Positions 63,723-64,000 of a stretch of DNA of 64,000 nucleotides are shown here, piece by piece. The position numbers were made by a program, and so were the translations under genes. This DNA comes from Sphyrna mokarran. Taxonomy: Eukaryota. How positions within the stretch are numbered: the stretch's first letter is position 1; each line of letters begins with the position of its first letter. The stretch lies in contig JAGIQG010000008.1 of NCBI GenBank assembly GCA_024679065.1, positions 87,110,001-87,174,000 on the forward strand, in the 5' to 3' direction. The notes under the pieces are model-generated. The model was not told the DNA's origin and did not search any database. It was given only the letters and a program-made list of their open reading frames with translations.

Positions 63723-64000
63723 TACGCTATTGTCAGCTTTTTCATAGTCTGTGCTGTTAGATTGCTGCTTCCAATTTTAGCTGTGAATTACTTTTAACTT
63801 GCTTCAACTTGCAAGCAGCTGCAATTTATGCATTGCCCTAGGCTAGGAAAGGAGATGGGAAGGGTAGGGTAAGGAACCTGGATTATCTAGCTTGCTTCAG
63901 TGATCTCCATTGGAGTGTGCATGTTGTGAACATCTTGTGAGGATGGGACCTGGATCAAAAATTCCTTCCATGAATTGTTGGAGTGGGATAAAAATAAACA

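Noticed and set aside
1-64000. Prokaryotic-style systems (CRISPR arrays, operons, defence islands)
   Set aside because: The DNA is vertebrate, with no regularly spaced repeat-spacer arrays and no gene-dense coding structure

Overview
This is eukaryotic, AT-rich, repeat-dense vertebrate DNA, almost certainly from a cartilaginous fish (shark or ray). The basis is HE1/V-type SINEs, CR1 (HER1-like) LINE tails and the Penelope, RTE, Rex1/Babar, L2 and Tx1 families typical of elasmobranch genomes. I cannot support any intact protein-coding gene: the longer ORFs are decayed retroelement fragments or their antisense shadows. The window reads as a large intron (possibly of a + strand gene) or gene desert, with repeat-free blocks that look like conserved enhancers, the strongest at about 39.7-42.3 kb. 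The most unusual features are a Ty1/Copia relic with an inverted middle, a Penelope element with an 11-bp target-site duplication and a near-perfect 179-bp self-copy, a CR1-group LINE with L1-style 5' inversion geometry, and Penelope terminal-repeat mini-elements with minimal hammerhead ribozyme cores. I found no convincing novel multi-gene system. Family assignments come from recalled motifs, not database searches, and boundaries are approximate.
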